Shown here: in pieces, positions 34,226-48,561 of the stretch
Layout: each line of letters opens with the position of its first letter
Numbering within the stretch: the first letter of the stretch is position 1
NCBI GenBank assembly: GCA_051294375.1
Contig: CM119265.1
Location: 18,896,631-18,960,630, forward strand
DNA from: Paraspadella gotoi
Lineage: Eukaryota; Animalia; Chaetognatha
Length of the DNA stretch: 64,000 nt
Reading direction: 5' to 3'
Position numbers and translations under genes: made by a program
The notes under the pieces: model-generated
Database searches by the model: none
What the model was told of the DNA's origin: nothing
Seen by the model: only the letters and a program-made list of their open reading frames with translations

Positions 34226-37200
34226 ATGGGGACGACAGTTTGTGACCCAAAACCAATACTCTCTTCGAAATCTGAGAATGAATGGACTGCGGAAGACCTT
34301 TCCCCGGACATTTGCACGCTTACGATTTCTCGCGACACACCACAATTATCAGGTAACGATGTTTACGATTACAAGATGCTACCCTAAAAGTGCTGACCAG
34401 TGCTTAACCATAGTTAACTAAAGTATATTTTTCATATTGTTTTTAACAATTCCCAGATTCTGGCATATCCAAAAAAGCATTGGAAAACTTTCATTTACCT
34501 TCCAATGACGCTGACGCGACGACAGCTTTGATAACTTCAGCGGAATGGCTGAAGCGCTATGGTCTCGACGCCAACCACCTATCCGTGGCTCAAATCCTAC
34601 CTCAGATTGGCTTCAGATTTTCTCAGGTAATTTTAACCCGTTGAAAGTTGACATCCGTATGGTTTTTAACGTTTCGTATTAACAAGGATTACGATCGAAG
34701 CCTGAAGAAACCCGTGGCATCGCGATACGGCGAAGGCCTCTTTCACCGTGTTTTCCGCGGACGCGATGGAAAAACCTACAACGTTTCCTGCCAGGCAACC
34801 AAGCTGATCCACCTTGACGACCGCCTCCAGCGCCTTGTCGCGCATTTGGAGGCGCGACTCGATTGGATCTCTTCCGGGAGTCGGAATCAGTTCGGGGTCA
34901 TTCTCGACCGACGACCTGCTTTTTTCGTTCACTCCGCCGACTTGGAGGACACAGATTCTGCGAGACTTCGACGCGCCCTCCACGCCTTGATCGACGAGCA
35001 ACTCGGCGAAGTTGACTGCATTCATCTTTCGTCGACATCGACCGAGTCGGCCGTTGATTCGTCTCTCTCAGAAGCGGGCGTGATCGACGTCAAGCCGCTT
35101 CACGAATGGATTCAATCTTTAACTCACGGCGTCTTTCGATCTTTAGAATCTGCATTAAAAGACGTCGCAGCTTACACTTCCGTTAACGTCGTCACCAGAG
35201 ACGCGACTGATGCCGATTTTAAGGCTTTTGAGGCTTTTCATGACTCGCGAAAAGGTTTGACTAAGATTGTGACTATTACTAATCATTAGTTTAACCTTAT
35301 CTCTTAAATGATACTTTAATCTCACCTATAGGCCTTCTACGCCTAATCGTCTTTAACGCCTCTACGCTGAATATCAAAAAATTGAAAAGCCTCTCTGAAC
35401 GCCTCGGAATTTCCTGTCACGTTTACACGGACGCCACGCGCCTCTTGCCTGTTTCAGAAACCTCGCAGATCACCGATACGGGCGTTAACGAGGAGGCGTT
35501 TACCATTTGGGATGAGCTACAGGTGAATTTCAGCGGTTCCAAGTATTCTTGCTTCTATACCTAATACCTAATTACCTATAATTAATAAATAATAATATAA
35601 TATATAATAATATAATATATAATAATAATAAATAAATACCTAATTACCTATATCTCACCCCTCTTTTTTTTTCCCCAGGAAGCGCGAAGTATCGCCTCGG
35701 AGATCAGGCGCTTAACTTCGAGTCTCGACTCGCCTCGAGTTGGCGACGCTGAATTCTGTTTCGACGTTTCCCCTCGCCGGTTGTCGCCGCCGCCACGTCT
35801 TTCTGAGCAACGCCTCGCCGACGACGTTGATTCCGGCGTTGACAGTCTGGACAGGGACGATCGAGAGGGCGTCCGCTCGGCTCGTCACCGCCCGTTGTCC
35901 TCGCGAGAGTGGCTTCGACGTGTCGGTGGTCTCAAAGTCAAGGGACTAACTTATGATCAGCTGGTGAAGCGTCTAGCCTTTCCGCACAAGGAGGGCTTTT
36001 TCAAAGACTGCGTCAAGAAGGAGGCATGTGTGACGAATTAACGCATCGGCTTTTAAATTTCTTTTAATATCCTCTTTTTAATTCTTCGCAGGACAAAGTG
36101 ATCAACGCAACCTACTGCACGTCAGGGCGATTCGCTCACGTCCCTTGGCGAGACGGGACCCTCGCCCACGTTAATCTCACCGTCGAAGACTTTCGCAAGT
36201 ACGAGACGAGTTTGACTGCGGCATTGTGCCGCATAGAGCGCCGCTTGGACTGGCTTCGCCAAGGCACACGCGCCGTTTTCGGCCTTGTTTTAGAGAAAAG
36301 CGTCTACGTTTTGATCGATACTTCAAGTTCCATGACTAATCATATTGACTTCGTCAAGGAGCGACTAGAGCAGCTTGTTGAAGAGCGGAAGGACATGGGA
36401 CAACATGTCCGCATAAACTTCGTTTCCTTTGGTTCAATCGCGACTTCGTGGCGTTCGCGATTAAAGGATGCTAGCCTTAGTCGCGTCGGAGTAACTAACG
36501 ATTTGTTGACATGGATTCGTGGCCTCCGTTGTCAGGGGACGACCAACACCTTGGCCGCGCTGCAACTCGCGCTGGACGATGAAAATGCCGAGGCAGTTTA
36601 TTTGCTGACAGACGGAAGACCCGACCAGTCGCCAGAAGCGGTGAGATCCGAACGCCTTTGATTTTGATTTTTTTTCGAGTTGAGCGAGTACGAAGTACGA
36701 AGCGAGACGAAGAGGAACAAAGAAAGAGAAGTTGGCTATGGATTCGATTCGAAGATAAAATGTCATATTCTTTACTGCTATTGGTTAATGTTGGCTGAAG
36801 TATTTATTTATTTATTTTTACCTCGCTTTTCCTTAGATCTTGTCTTACATCTCGTCTTACATCTCGAATCGTCCAGCTCCTCCGCCAGTGCACGCGATTT
36901 CCTTTAATTGCAGCGACCTCGACGCCAACAATTTTCTCCGCGACCTTGCTAACGCAACGGGCGGTCGCTTCCACGTATATTCGCCACCGGGCGAAGGCGG
37001 TGACGAGGTTTTCGACGGATTAGAGGTTAGTGATAAGTGATAGTGTGTGGATCATTTAATCTCCAAACTAACCTGTGTACTGATCTAACTTTTATTTCCG
37101 ACATATTTCCAGAGTGAAGATATTGCAGTATTGAAAACAGAGTTACAACTCGGTCAGAAATATTTGAACCGCGCCATCGAGTTGCGAGACGAGTGTCTTC

Positions 37201-40200
37201 GAATTCTCGAAGACCGACGGAGGCAGAAGGCTGAAGAAGCGGCTGAGGCGGCGAAGGCGGCAAAGCGGGCGGAGAAGAAGAAAAAACGCAGTCGACCAAA
37301 GAGCGCCTCCACGAGCATCGTCCCAGTTGTTTCCGTAGATTCTGAAGACAAGAAGTTGGGTCGAGACGATCCTATAGCGGAAAGTGGAAAAGTACAGGAT
37401 GAGGAATTGACCTCGAAGCAATGGCTGAGGCGCCACGGCCTCACTGCACGCCGGTTGACGTTGACAGAAGTATTGGCGCCCACAATGGTTCCTCAAGTTC
37501 CCAAATGGGTTCCCATTCTTGACAAAGCCGTTGGCTCAAAAGTCTTCGACGATTTCGGCACTTTACGGGTCGCCAGAAACGGCAAGACAATCGAGGAGGA
37601 CGAGGCCGATGAGAGTGGCCCTAATCTTTCAGCTCATGGTCGCCTCTGCAATCCACGCGCTCTCAGCTTAGGTGCGTACGAACGGAAGCTTAAAAGTTTG
37701 ATGGCCAAGATCGAGAGCCGCGTAGTGGCAGTGGCGAAAAAAGGGCTGCCCGATGAGGTCCTTGAAGAGGGCGACCTTAAATCAAAGGAGCAACTCTTAA
37801 GCGCAGTGGAAGAGAGCGGCGATGGGGAACTGAGAAGAGAGCTTGCGCTCCTCGAGAATGAATTGGCGAGGACGCGAAAGTTTTTGCGCCGATCGGAGGA
37901 GATTCGCGAATTGTCCGACGGAATGCTTGGAGCCAAGACCAAGCCGGCGGGGATGGAAATCGATGCGACAAAAAAGAAAAATACTAAAACTCGCAAAAAG
38001 CCTAAGATTTTTGACGATTCGCTGTTTAAAGAACAAAGACCCTTTCTCGGTTCTTCTAAGAGTCAAAGCTTTAAAGCCGTTGATCGGACAAAAAGCGTCA
38101 CCTTTAAGCAACCCCCTGTCGAATCAGTCGCCTCCGCCGTTGAACGATCTCAACCATCCAAGGCGCCAGCGAGTCAAACGACCTCCATTGGAAGGCCCTC
38201 GACTAGTGCTTCGGTCCGAACGACTTCGACAGTCCGCGTCTCTACGGCGGCGACTCGGCGCGCATTTGGCACTGAATCAGTACCGGGCCAACCTCGTCTT
38301 GACCCCAACTCTCTTAAGGGTCAAAGAGTCATCGCTCGCGACGCCGGTTCCGGCTTTTACTATCCCGGCGTCGTCCTATCATGCCCGCGTCCTGGTCAGG
38401 CTCACGTCCAGTTCGACTCTCTCGCTCTGGTCGAAGACAATCAGCTGGTCGCAGTTAAGCATCTCGTTCCCGTTTCCGGCGCCGTCGTTTGTCCAACGCT
38501 TAAGTCGGGGGACGCCGTTCTGGCTCGCGCCTTGTTGGGTGAGACAAAGGATGAGATATGGATCCCCGCAAAGGTCTTGGCCACACCTTCTCACTCAGTA
38601 GAGCCCACGGCGCAGTTCCATACGGTGCGCGCATTTTCAGGCAAGACGCTTACGACGCCTCGACGCCATCTACGAAAAATCGCTGCCAAATCCCACGCCG
38701 AGGCGGTGGAATACATTCGGCAAGTGCAGCGACGAGCAACTTGGGCGCGTTTTGTCGAGGAACAGAAGAGGTTGGCGGAGATGAGAGAGAGATTAAAAGA
38801 TGGCAATAGAGGCGAATTGCGCCGTGGAGATGAGGAAGAACCTGAAGGAAAAGAAGTTCGGGAGCAGGAATATGAAAAAGAGGAGTTTGAGGATGAGAGC
38901 GGGGGAGAAGACGAGAGCGAGCAGGATAATGGAACAGACGTGGAGACGAAAACTGGTCTCGAAGAAGATGATTACGTTGATGATTACGAAGAGGAAAACA
39001 ATTCTGAAGAGAAACGACCTAAAAACTATAAAGATTCTCGGCCTACAACCGCGAAGCCTTCATCTTCGTCCATGAAGACTCCATCCCCAACCGAGGAGTC
39101 TAAGGAACGGGTCGTCGATGCCCTTTTGAATGAACTGCCCCTCGACCGACAAAAGATTCTGTTGGAGGAGCATCAGCGACGCCTTCGAGAACTCAACGAT
39201 CGACTGAAGCGGCAGACGGCGGAAATGGAGGCGGAGAAGATGAAGAATCGAAGGAAGAGAAAGAAGATGTTGAGGAAGATCGAAAAGGAATTGGAGGCCA
39301 AAGGGGAAGAAGTGAAGGAGGTGATGAGGAAGGAGAGAGAGGAAGAGGAAGTAAAGAGGATGGAACACTCGGAGCAGCGAAGGGCGGAAGATATTTTGGA
39401 TCTGCGGTAAGTTAATCTTCGATTTTTGAAATAAGGTGAATTTTCTTACCGATCTCTTTATTCAGAAATTTGTACAAAAACGCAATGACAAAAGCATGGT
39501 GTGATGACCAGCTAAATTCGTCGTCCGATAGCGACTCGTCTCGGTCAGACAGCGAAGCTCTGAGGCAACAGAGGAACGATAAATTGAAGGTTCATTTATT
39601 CAATTAAATATTTATTTATTCACTTATTTTCTATTTTTATTTTTTTTAAATTACAAGGCCCTACGTGAATCGCTTCCTCAGCTCATGCCTGCAACGGAAG
39701 TCGTCGCGAGATGGGACGACGACGGTTGGTATTACCGCGGAAAAATAATCGCCGACAAAGGGGACAAAAGTTATGTCGTTGCAGACGCCATTGAGGTGAG
39801 AACGCAACTCCACGTTCAGCTTAAAAATTGATTCTGCGCTATATGCTACGTAGTTAATACTAAATTAATTCTTAATTCATATTATTCAGGGTCTCTCTCT
39901 GATTTGGCGCGAAAACATTCTGACCGAATCTGATGATGCCGACAGACAATTGTCGGCCGAGTCCTCAGTCGTGGCGGCGCACCCTAATTTTACCGCGAGC
40001 TTCGCTCCCGGGGTCGTTCTCGCCGTTCATCCCGATCTCTCACTTCTCGTTCGGTTTTTCGACGGATTTCAGGTACTTGCATCGACGGAAGTTGTTTTCA
40101 TTTCTTTTGACCTTCATTCAAACTTGGTCAACACTCATTTTTACATCAATAATATTTTGTATTTACGACCACGATTTTCTGTCAGGCGTCGTTGTCTCGA

Positions 40201-40776
40201 CGTGAAGTCTTCTTGTCGACGCCGGAAAAGTTTCAAGCGGACGTCGATCATATTCTGGACTGCGAGATGCGACTCCTCGAACAGGCGGTGGTGACTCGCG
40301 ATGACTCAACCGGCTTCTTTGTTCTCGCTGTAGTCACGGAAAGACTCGGTCCGCCTTCCCATCATTTCGCCGTCAAGCGGTCCGACGGGTCCCAGGCCGT
40401 TCAGCCGAGGCGAGTTGGAGAATCGAGAAAGTCGTGATGGTATGGGGAATCTTGAAATTAACTTTCTCAATTCTCACTTTCCCGACACAGATTTCTTATC
40501 TTCGGCGCCCACTCGCCACGACGAGAACTCAAGTCGGGCGATCGTGTTCTCGCGCCCGGCGCCCCTTCTTCCCGTTCGCCTCGCGACTGCGACCTTAACT
40601 TTTTGCCCGGCTGGGTCGTCGGTGTCGACGCGGTCAATGAAGAAGGCGCCGAAAGTCTCACCGTGCAACGATGCGACGGAAGCATCGTCGAAGATCTTGA
40701 TTCACTCGAGTGTTACTGGATTTCTCAAGGGTTTTATGAGGAGGCCGTTAGATATATCCAAAGCAAATCGGGTTGA
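34226..40776 (+). CDS. VWA3B: von Willebrand factor A domain-containing protein 3B-like, multi-exon
   Basis: EWLKRYGL...ILPQIGF...DYDRSLKKPVASRYGEGLF as in the VWA3B N-terminus; VWA domain VYVLIDTSSSM...GTTNTLAAL...YLLTDGRPDQ; C-terminal VIARD..GFYYPG / VVARWDDDGWYYRG repeats. Confidence 0.88.
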
Positions 40777-41151
40777 AATTTTTTTTAAACTTTTACTTAT
40801 GTAAAAGGAAAAAAAATATTTTGCATGACAGGAAAAAAGAGAATATTGCAAAAAACTACTCGTAAAAAATTTTTCACTGCTTCGTACAAAGTTTATACAT
40901 ATGATTCCCAAGTGCTTAATATACACCAAATTTTATACACCGGTGCCAATTTGTTTCGTTTTTACTTTGTATCTATTCCGTCCATTTTCTTAATTCATTT
41001 TGAATTGTTTAAAGTCGCTACTAGTTTTACTGAATTATAACACAATTTCTTTTGCCTAAATAAAATTATTTGACTTAATTTATTATGTTTTCTATCCTAT
41101 TAACGCTTTACATTAATTTACAAGAGACGTCAGAGGAAAACTTCATCCGCG

Positions 41152-43132
41152 ATGCCTTTCCAAACCTTTGTGGCCATTTGTTTCTTGGGCCTTTTGGCGC
41201 CGACCCTCTCTTCTAAACCTCCTGTTGTAACTTGGACCTCGGCCAACTTGGACTTGCCTGCGATGGCTGCCGTCAATAATTTTATGCCGAAACAGGAATT
41301 TAAGGAAGACATCCTCGACAAGATCGTCCATGCAACGCCTGGTAGGGTCTTACTTTATTTGATTATCGGCATTATTTTGCATTCGCCGCCTTGGTTTAGA
41401 CTTTAGAGAGGGTATTGAGGTTAGGGGTTGTTTAGGGTATAGTAGTTCGGTAATTATTTGATTTTTTTTATACGTATACATTATTTCAAAGAGGCGGAAA
41501 TCGCATTAAGCGAAAGTCAAATTTTCCTTGATCATTAGATACGGTCTCATTGTAAAACATTCTTGTTTTTTGCCTTAAACTCTCTCGCCAGGCACCAATG
41601 TGGCTCTCTTTATTGAGTCCGGCCTCTCTTCTGACGATTTTCTCGTACACGGCGACGCCTACGGTTCCGAGGGCGTCTTCCCCGTCCTTCAGACCTTCTT
41701 GGCCATGTCGACTCGGTCGCTGGTGCTCGACGCCGTCGACGGTCCCGTGGAAGCCTTTGACGAATCCGGCCTCGCTGTCACCGACGTCCTCGATCCGAGC
41801 AAGATTTCCGAGGCGCTAAAAACTGTTAACGATGCCCGCGTCAACGTTTTCAAAATTTATCTCGAGGTTCGTTTTTATTTTTAGCTCTAAATTTTAATTT
41901 CTTTGCAACGTTGGGGATTGAAGATCTCCGGCTTTTCCGCCTTCCTTTGTCCAGGTGGAGTCGGGAGCGAACCGTGGCGAGAAGTTGGCGGAGAACGACG
42001 CCACAATGAGAGACGTCATGCGCGAATTTCAACGAGTCAATCGTCCCTTCGTTGGGGTTTTGACTGGCGACGCAAAGGATGCGGAGGAAGAGAAAAAGGA
42101 GGAAGATAACGCGGTCGAAGAGGATGAATTCGTCGTTCATGTCGTTAAAAAGAGGGACACCCCTGACAAATTGCAAGCAAAACAAGCAGGTATTTTCAGT
42201 AAGCTTTATTATGTATTATTCTGACTTTTTGACTAAATATTATATGGTTTTTTATAATTTTTTTAATTTTTCTTCTTTTTTAATTTTCTTTAAAAGTTTT
42301 ATTAAAAAATAATTTCAGGGACTCCGATAACTATAAATTCAAACTGCATAAAAGTATACTGGAAAACCATGAAAGTCGTTCTTCACACAAGAGGGACTGC
42401 AAATAGAGATATCATAATAACTAAGGGACCGACAGATGTTACGGCCAAGTGCGATAAAACTAATGAAACGATCTCGGCTAAAGTCAGTGGAGATGTAAGT
42501 AACTGACAAATTAGAAACAATGGCTTAAGCACTCGGAAAGTCTAAGAGAAAATTTTTTTGATCACAGAGTAATAATAATGATGACTCGGTCATCATAAAG
42601 TTTGACGTGAACCTCAGCGACGGAGGATGGCAGCTGTCCCGCGTCAACGTCGTATTTGGCGCCCTCAAGAATGATGTAGAAATCCCGCTCAAAGTGTGGG
42701 CGCCAAAAAAGTTTTCCTTTCATTGCTCCAGCCCGAAACCGTTTACGTCAAAAAGCAACAACACCGAGGGATATGTTGCGCTCGAAATAGCGGTGAGACA
42801 AGATGATTGCTGTTTTCCGTGAGATATGACGCTTTTCCAAGCAACGAATGATAACTGTTTTTCTCCCTTAATTATTCCCCTCCCCTCAAAAAAAGGACTT
42901 TCAAATCGAAGGTTTCATGAATAACGACAACAAAACGGGGAAAGGGTCCTATCCATTTGGCGAAGCCTTCGATTGCGTGGGATTTTTTTCTGTCCCTATT
43001 TTCATGGGCCTCCTTTTCACGCTCCTTCTCGTCATTTCCGTCACCTTCGGCGTCGCCGCTATGGCCAGCATCAACACACCCGATCGTTTTGACGACCCGA
43101 AAGGACCCGCCATCTCCGTTCCTCAGGAATAG
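41152..43132 (+). CDS. ATP6AP1: V-type proton ATPase accessory subunit S1 (Ac45)
   Basis: Signal peptide at start; KFSFHCS; C-terminal FGEAFDCVGFFSVPIFMGL + TM + INTPDRFDDPKGPAISV. Confidence 0.92.
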
Positions 43133-43599
43133 GCGCCCGACGAGAAGTCCCTTATCTTTTTTCTCAAATCTCTCGAATTTCAGTAAATCATACATACTCC
43201 TTCATTCTGTTTCAAAGGCAGTTAATTCGAGTTTGTCGAATCATCGAACCTATGAATCGATCATTGGTATCTCTCGTCGCAGAGTTGCTCAACTAATTTT
43301 TCTAGTCTTTTTTCTTTGGGAACAATTTAATCAAAATAATCTTATTAACTTCGCTGGACGAAGGCTCGTCTCCCGTTGATGAGCGATATACCGTAACGGT
43401 GAACTTGTCATATTCGATTGTGATGTTTTTCATCTTGCCTTCTGTACTCTATTGTTGCCTTTCACTTTTTCAGACGTTATCTGAAGGCCAAAGGATTTTA
43501 ATGATCATAAATGACCCTAGACCCGGGTTATTGACTTGAGATTAGTCCCCCAGGCCCTTTGCTTTTATTCCATTTTTAGTTCCGTACCTTTTGGCCCGG

Positions 43600-44448
43600 A
43601 TGGCGGACGATTTGGACGACCTGCTCGACCAGATCGAGTCCAAATTGACGACGAAGAAGCGATTGACTCGGAAGAACAGTTTCTCAAGCGACGAAGACGC
43701 CAAAGTAGAAGAAAGGCCAAAGTCGGTCAGTGAATATTCTTTATGCCGTCTCTTATTATGTAGGCTTTAGCTAATAGCCATTTTTCCCCCCCCCCTTTCT
43801 CCTTTCTAGACTTTTCCCAAACCGCCTCCCCGCGACCTGGCTGATGCACTCGAAGACATTTTTAACGATGGTCCCACCAGGGAGAGGTTAAAAGCTGGAA
43901 GTCGAAGCTCAAATGAACCAAAAAGGGCTTCAACGCAAAAGAGCAGGTGTTTAAATTTTGCTGACCTTTGCTTCGGTTATTCTATCCCCGGTTTTTTCAT
44001 TTAAGCGCTACAACCTGGTGTTACTTTTTTCCAGCGAGGGCTCCAGCTCAGGTCCCGCAAAATGCTTTCCCCTCCTCATCGGCGGATCCGCTGAATCCAT
44101 GGGTCTTTCAACTTCAGCGTCGTCGCGATGTTGCTCCGATCTCCGCTGCCACAACTGCGACTTTAAGATTGAGGTAAGACTCGAATCGCACCCACGTAAA
44201 CGTCCCATTTTGTTTCATCCCTCATCCTTCGATGTCCAAAGGCTTTCGACGATTTTCGCTGGGCCTCCGAGACCGACTACCTCTTTTTGCGTAACAATAT
44301 GCCGGACTTCTCTAAACTTCAAAGTCGTCTAATCGCCAAAAAGCAATCCCGTGCATACGCATGTCAGTGTCAGTGGACCAGCGTGGTGGAAGCCTGTGAA
44401 CTGACGGCCGACTTGAAGCGCCTTTGGCACTGCGGAGGAAGACACTAG
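43600..44448 (+). CDS. CFAP418: Cilia- and flagella-associated protein 418 (C8orf37)
   Basis: MADDLDDLLDQIE start; KCFPLLIGG; CSDLRCHNCDF; DYLFLRNNMPD; AYACQCQW; ends WHCGGRH. Confidence 0.92.
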
Positions 44449-44879
44449 GACAGGGATTTTTATGCAAATCAATTGACTTTTTCCGTCCACATTTACAATC
44501 AGTTGCCTTACTTTACACTTTATTTTACTCTTTGTAGTCATCTTGTCAATTCTAGTCTAAAATATTTAGCCTATCAAAATTAATAAAAAATAAATATAAA
44601 TTTCTTAGTATTTTATTGCACTTTACAGAAACGCAAGGTTAAGGGGTACAGAAAAATCATGCTATTTTTCCCCGCCATGGACCCATCCCACAAAAAATAT
44701 ATGGTGGTTGCGGATTAAGTGGTCCGATGATCCCTTGGGAGGGAGGGAGGATCCACGAAAAGCGTCTCTAAAGGGGGCAAAAAGGGAGAATCCGTTCAGG
44801 GGTTGTAAATCGTCGACCCTCCGTAACGGAGTCTGGATTGTGATAGTCTCTCCTGTTGTCTTCCGAGTCGCGTGAAATC

Positions 44880-47800
44880 ATGTCCGGATCCCCAATGCAT
44901 CTTCGATCCTCGCAAACAGAGGCGCCTCATAATCATGGGTTCAAAGGACGAAACCGGGAAAGAGAGAGTCTCTAAGTTCAATACGATGACAGGTACGACG
45001 CCGTCTTTTTATAATTATTTGTTCCAATAGAGAATCTGACCCCCCGACGAACTCCATTATCCAAGGCCGATCATCCAAACCGACTCCTTTGGAGGCGTCG
45101 TTTTTGGCCGACGTGCCCGACGCCAAATATTCGCGCGTCTCGGAATTCTTCCGACGCGTCACTTCCGGAGATAACCAGTGCAAGTTTTTTTGCGGAGGAA
45201 AAAGGTGTAAGTACGAGAATGGCGAAACTCACTGGTCTAAAGAAGACATGGCCATCAACGGACTTTACTCTACGTGGATCACTGGTAATTAAATCGGCAG
45301 AAATTGTTTTTTTTTTTTTTTGGCTCTAAACGGAGTTTTTTTAATCTGCCTTATTTTTCAGATCGTATCTTGGCGATGGCCCGGCCCAACACCCACAATA
45401 TTCTCAAATACGACATGATCGGTCAGTTCAAGCGGTGCGGCATCAAGACGGTGATCAACTTGCAGATGCCCGGGGAACACGCGCACTGCGGCCAGGGATT
45501 GGTCGAGGGCGTGGGTGAGTCCTGCAGATGCAGACGAAAATAATGACGAGATTGTTAATTAAACTATCGGTGATGGTATTAAAGGTTTTTCCTACGACCC
45601 GCAACTCTTCATGGATAACGGAATCTTTCACTACAACTTCGGTTGGGACGACTTCGGTGTCGCCTCCGTAGCAACCCTTCTCGACATGGTGCGGGTTTTC
45701 AAGTTCGCCGCGGGAGAGGGGAAAGTCGCCGTTCATTGCCACGCCGGTGAGTAAAGATTAAGGAATTCGTGTCAGTTTCAACCCGATTCATTTTTCTTCT
45801 TTCTTTATTCGTTTTCAGGATTGGGTCGCACCGGGGTCCTTATCACCTGCTTTCTCGTTTACACCTGGCGCGTCTCCGGCAACCGCGCCATCCAGCAGAT
45901 GCGACTAAATCGCCCTCAGGCGGTCCAAACTCGACAACAGATGTCGTGCGTGAGATCCTTCGCAGCTTTTTTAAGACCGCTTCAGGTTGTACATAGTAAT
46001 ATTATATTGGATTTAAGAATTTTACACTTTCGCCCTACATTCTCACTTATTGTTTGATTTAGGTGATTTTCCCGCATCAGCACTTCTTCTCTTACGAGTT
46101 CACGTTGACGCAATTCTTGCGTCGCCAGCGCCACCTGCTGCACGGTTTGGAGGCACGCTACTTACACTACGTCCCTAAACCTTTGTTCATTTTTGGCGAG
46201 CGCCTCCTCGGGCTAGCTGGATGTCGCCGGAGGTCTCTGCTAACGGAGCGACCCTCTCCGCTGCAGATACAATATCTTATTCCGCGGGCGTTTCAGGTTT
46301 GATGCGGTTTGGCTCCAATTATCGGCCGAGTTAATTATTATTTCATTCTTTTTTTTATCGCCCGAGAGATATGAGGTTAGAAAATCAATTCTTTTTGTCT
46401 GTCAATCTAACTGATTTGATTTTTCACGTGGGCAATGCGAGATAGTGCGACTGAACAATGGGCAATCTTGGCAATCTTGGTGCTATTACAAAATCAACGA
46501 TTTCTCCCAGAAATAATAATTCTAGATTTCTCGATCGATTTGTCAACTCACTAATAGTTAGTTATTTCATAATTTGTTTATGACAGGAAAGTCGCAACAG
46601 TCATCGCGTTCCCAAGCTTCGAGAAGAAGACGACGAAGACGACGAGATAGAAGACGATGTTGAGACCTCGATGAATCGCGACTTGTTGACGAGTCGGGGA
46701 TTCGACGGAGTCGTTGCCCTCAACAACGTGGTGAGGCCGTCAGCATTGTAAAATGAAAAAAAATGGGGGGAGAAGATTTAAAAAAACTTAAAAATGTATT
46801 TCTTTTCCGCAGAGACGCGACACCTTGAATTCTAACGAATCGAGCGATGAACCACGACGTGGTAAGTTGAGCATTAAAACAAGAAATTAAACGTCCCGTT
46901 TCGTGTTTTAGTAGTATTTTTACATTTTTCTAGCTCCGTCTGCCATTTTCGAAGCCAATAACGAATTTCGCCACTTGGGTTCCGGTGAGATCAATTAATT
47001 TTCCTTAGCTTTCTTTATAGATTACAATCTTTACGAGTCAATTTGATTGTTTAACCTTCATTTCCTTAGCTCAAAATATTGCTTCGCCTTCGCCCGAACC
47101 TGCGCTTCAAACCCTTCTTCCCATCGTTACCGAAGTCACTGCCCTCGAAGGTATGGACGCATTTGAAAATGTTTTACACCTTGAACCTTGGTGCTTATTT
47201 TACCCCATATGGGATATCGTTTATATTCCGTCAGTCAACTCTCAATCTTCCGATGCCAAATCTTTCCGAGATTCCTGTGGCGACCGACGCCTTCCATCCC
47301 GCCCTTCTCCCGAACCCCTTCTTGAAGGCCCTTCGCTTCGCCCCGCGAATGCGTCGACCAACGCCTCTCCTTCGGAGTCGTCTTCTTCGACTTCTTGGCA
47401 GGAAGTCTCGGACGCCCTAGTCGAGGTGAACCATCAAGCTGATTTTTTAAAATATAGCCATCTTTTAAAGGTTGCCCAAAGGTTTGTGCTTTTAACTTTT
47501 ACTTGCAGATGGGTTGCGAAGTTAGAAAGCTCGAGCGCCGAGGAAGCTGGCGCCGCGACTTAGAAGCGAATGTCACTTCTAGGATGAGCAAAGTCAGGGA
47601 TTGGGCGAGAAAAATTAACGACAGGCAAGTGATTAAATAATGTTATTATATTGCAACAAACGAGTCTGACGTTTTAATATTATTAAAGCGACGAGGCGTG
47701 GGCGGAATTGGAAAACGAAAACGACATCAACGTCCTGAGCGGTTTGCTGTGGAGTTGGATCGACCAGCTCAAGGAGCCCGTCCTCACTAGGTCAGATTCA

Positions 47801-48561
47801 CTCGAATTTACATAATAAATCGAACTATATGATTGACGCATACTATTTCAGGCAGGACATACACAGAGTGGTTACCTCTTCCTCGCAACCCGTGGAGAGA
47901 ATTATGAAAAAACTCACTCGAGGAACGAGAGAAACTCTGAAGCATCTTGTCAAAATTTGCGCCTTTCTTGAAACGTAACAAAATTTTTTAGTCAATCATT
48001 CGTGGTCATCATTATGGAAATTACGTCCCTCTTCTTTCCACTTAGCGGCCGATCGAACCCCGGCGCGGAGGATCGTCGCCCATCCGAGATTCCTTTGGAA
48101 CGACTACGACTCTTGTTCCACCTCACCGAGCAGCTCTGTCAACAAGACCTTGTTTTACCAATCAAAGATTTTATCAAGGTAATGATGATTATGATGTTGA
48201 TGAGTGAATGTATTAATAATAATAATAATGATAATAATAATAAGAAACGTTTTAAGAATTTGGTTTTTTTTGTTAGGAAGCCAAGTTTATGTCATCTGTT
48301 GGTGGAACCGGTGCCAGTGGAACCTTTAGTTTCTCTTCTTCTTCTTATTGGCATTCTCCCGGCGCTGACAAAAGGCGTCGCGGCGACACCAGTCTCGACT
48401 CGAGCGGCGCCGTCGTCGTAGTAGTCTTCGTGTATCGCGTTTTCGTCGACGTCTCCAGGAATCAAGATCTCATCACCGACTTCGACGACGACGATTTGGA
48501 CGCCTTCGAGCGAGTCGTTGAAAGGCTCCTCACCCTGGTGGCGACGATGGAACCAGATTGA
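44880..48561 (+). CDS. PTPDC1: Protein tyrosine phosphatase domain-containing protein 1, multi-exon (start and end approximate)
   Basis: CKFFCGGKRCKYE; AINGLYSTWIT; INLQMPGEHAHCG; catalytic VAVHCHAG|LGRTG; RQRHLLHGLEARYL; WSWIDQLKEPVL. Confidence 0.92.
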
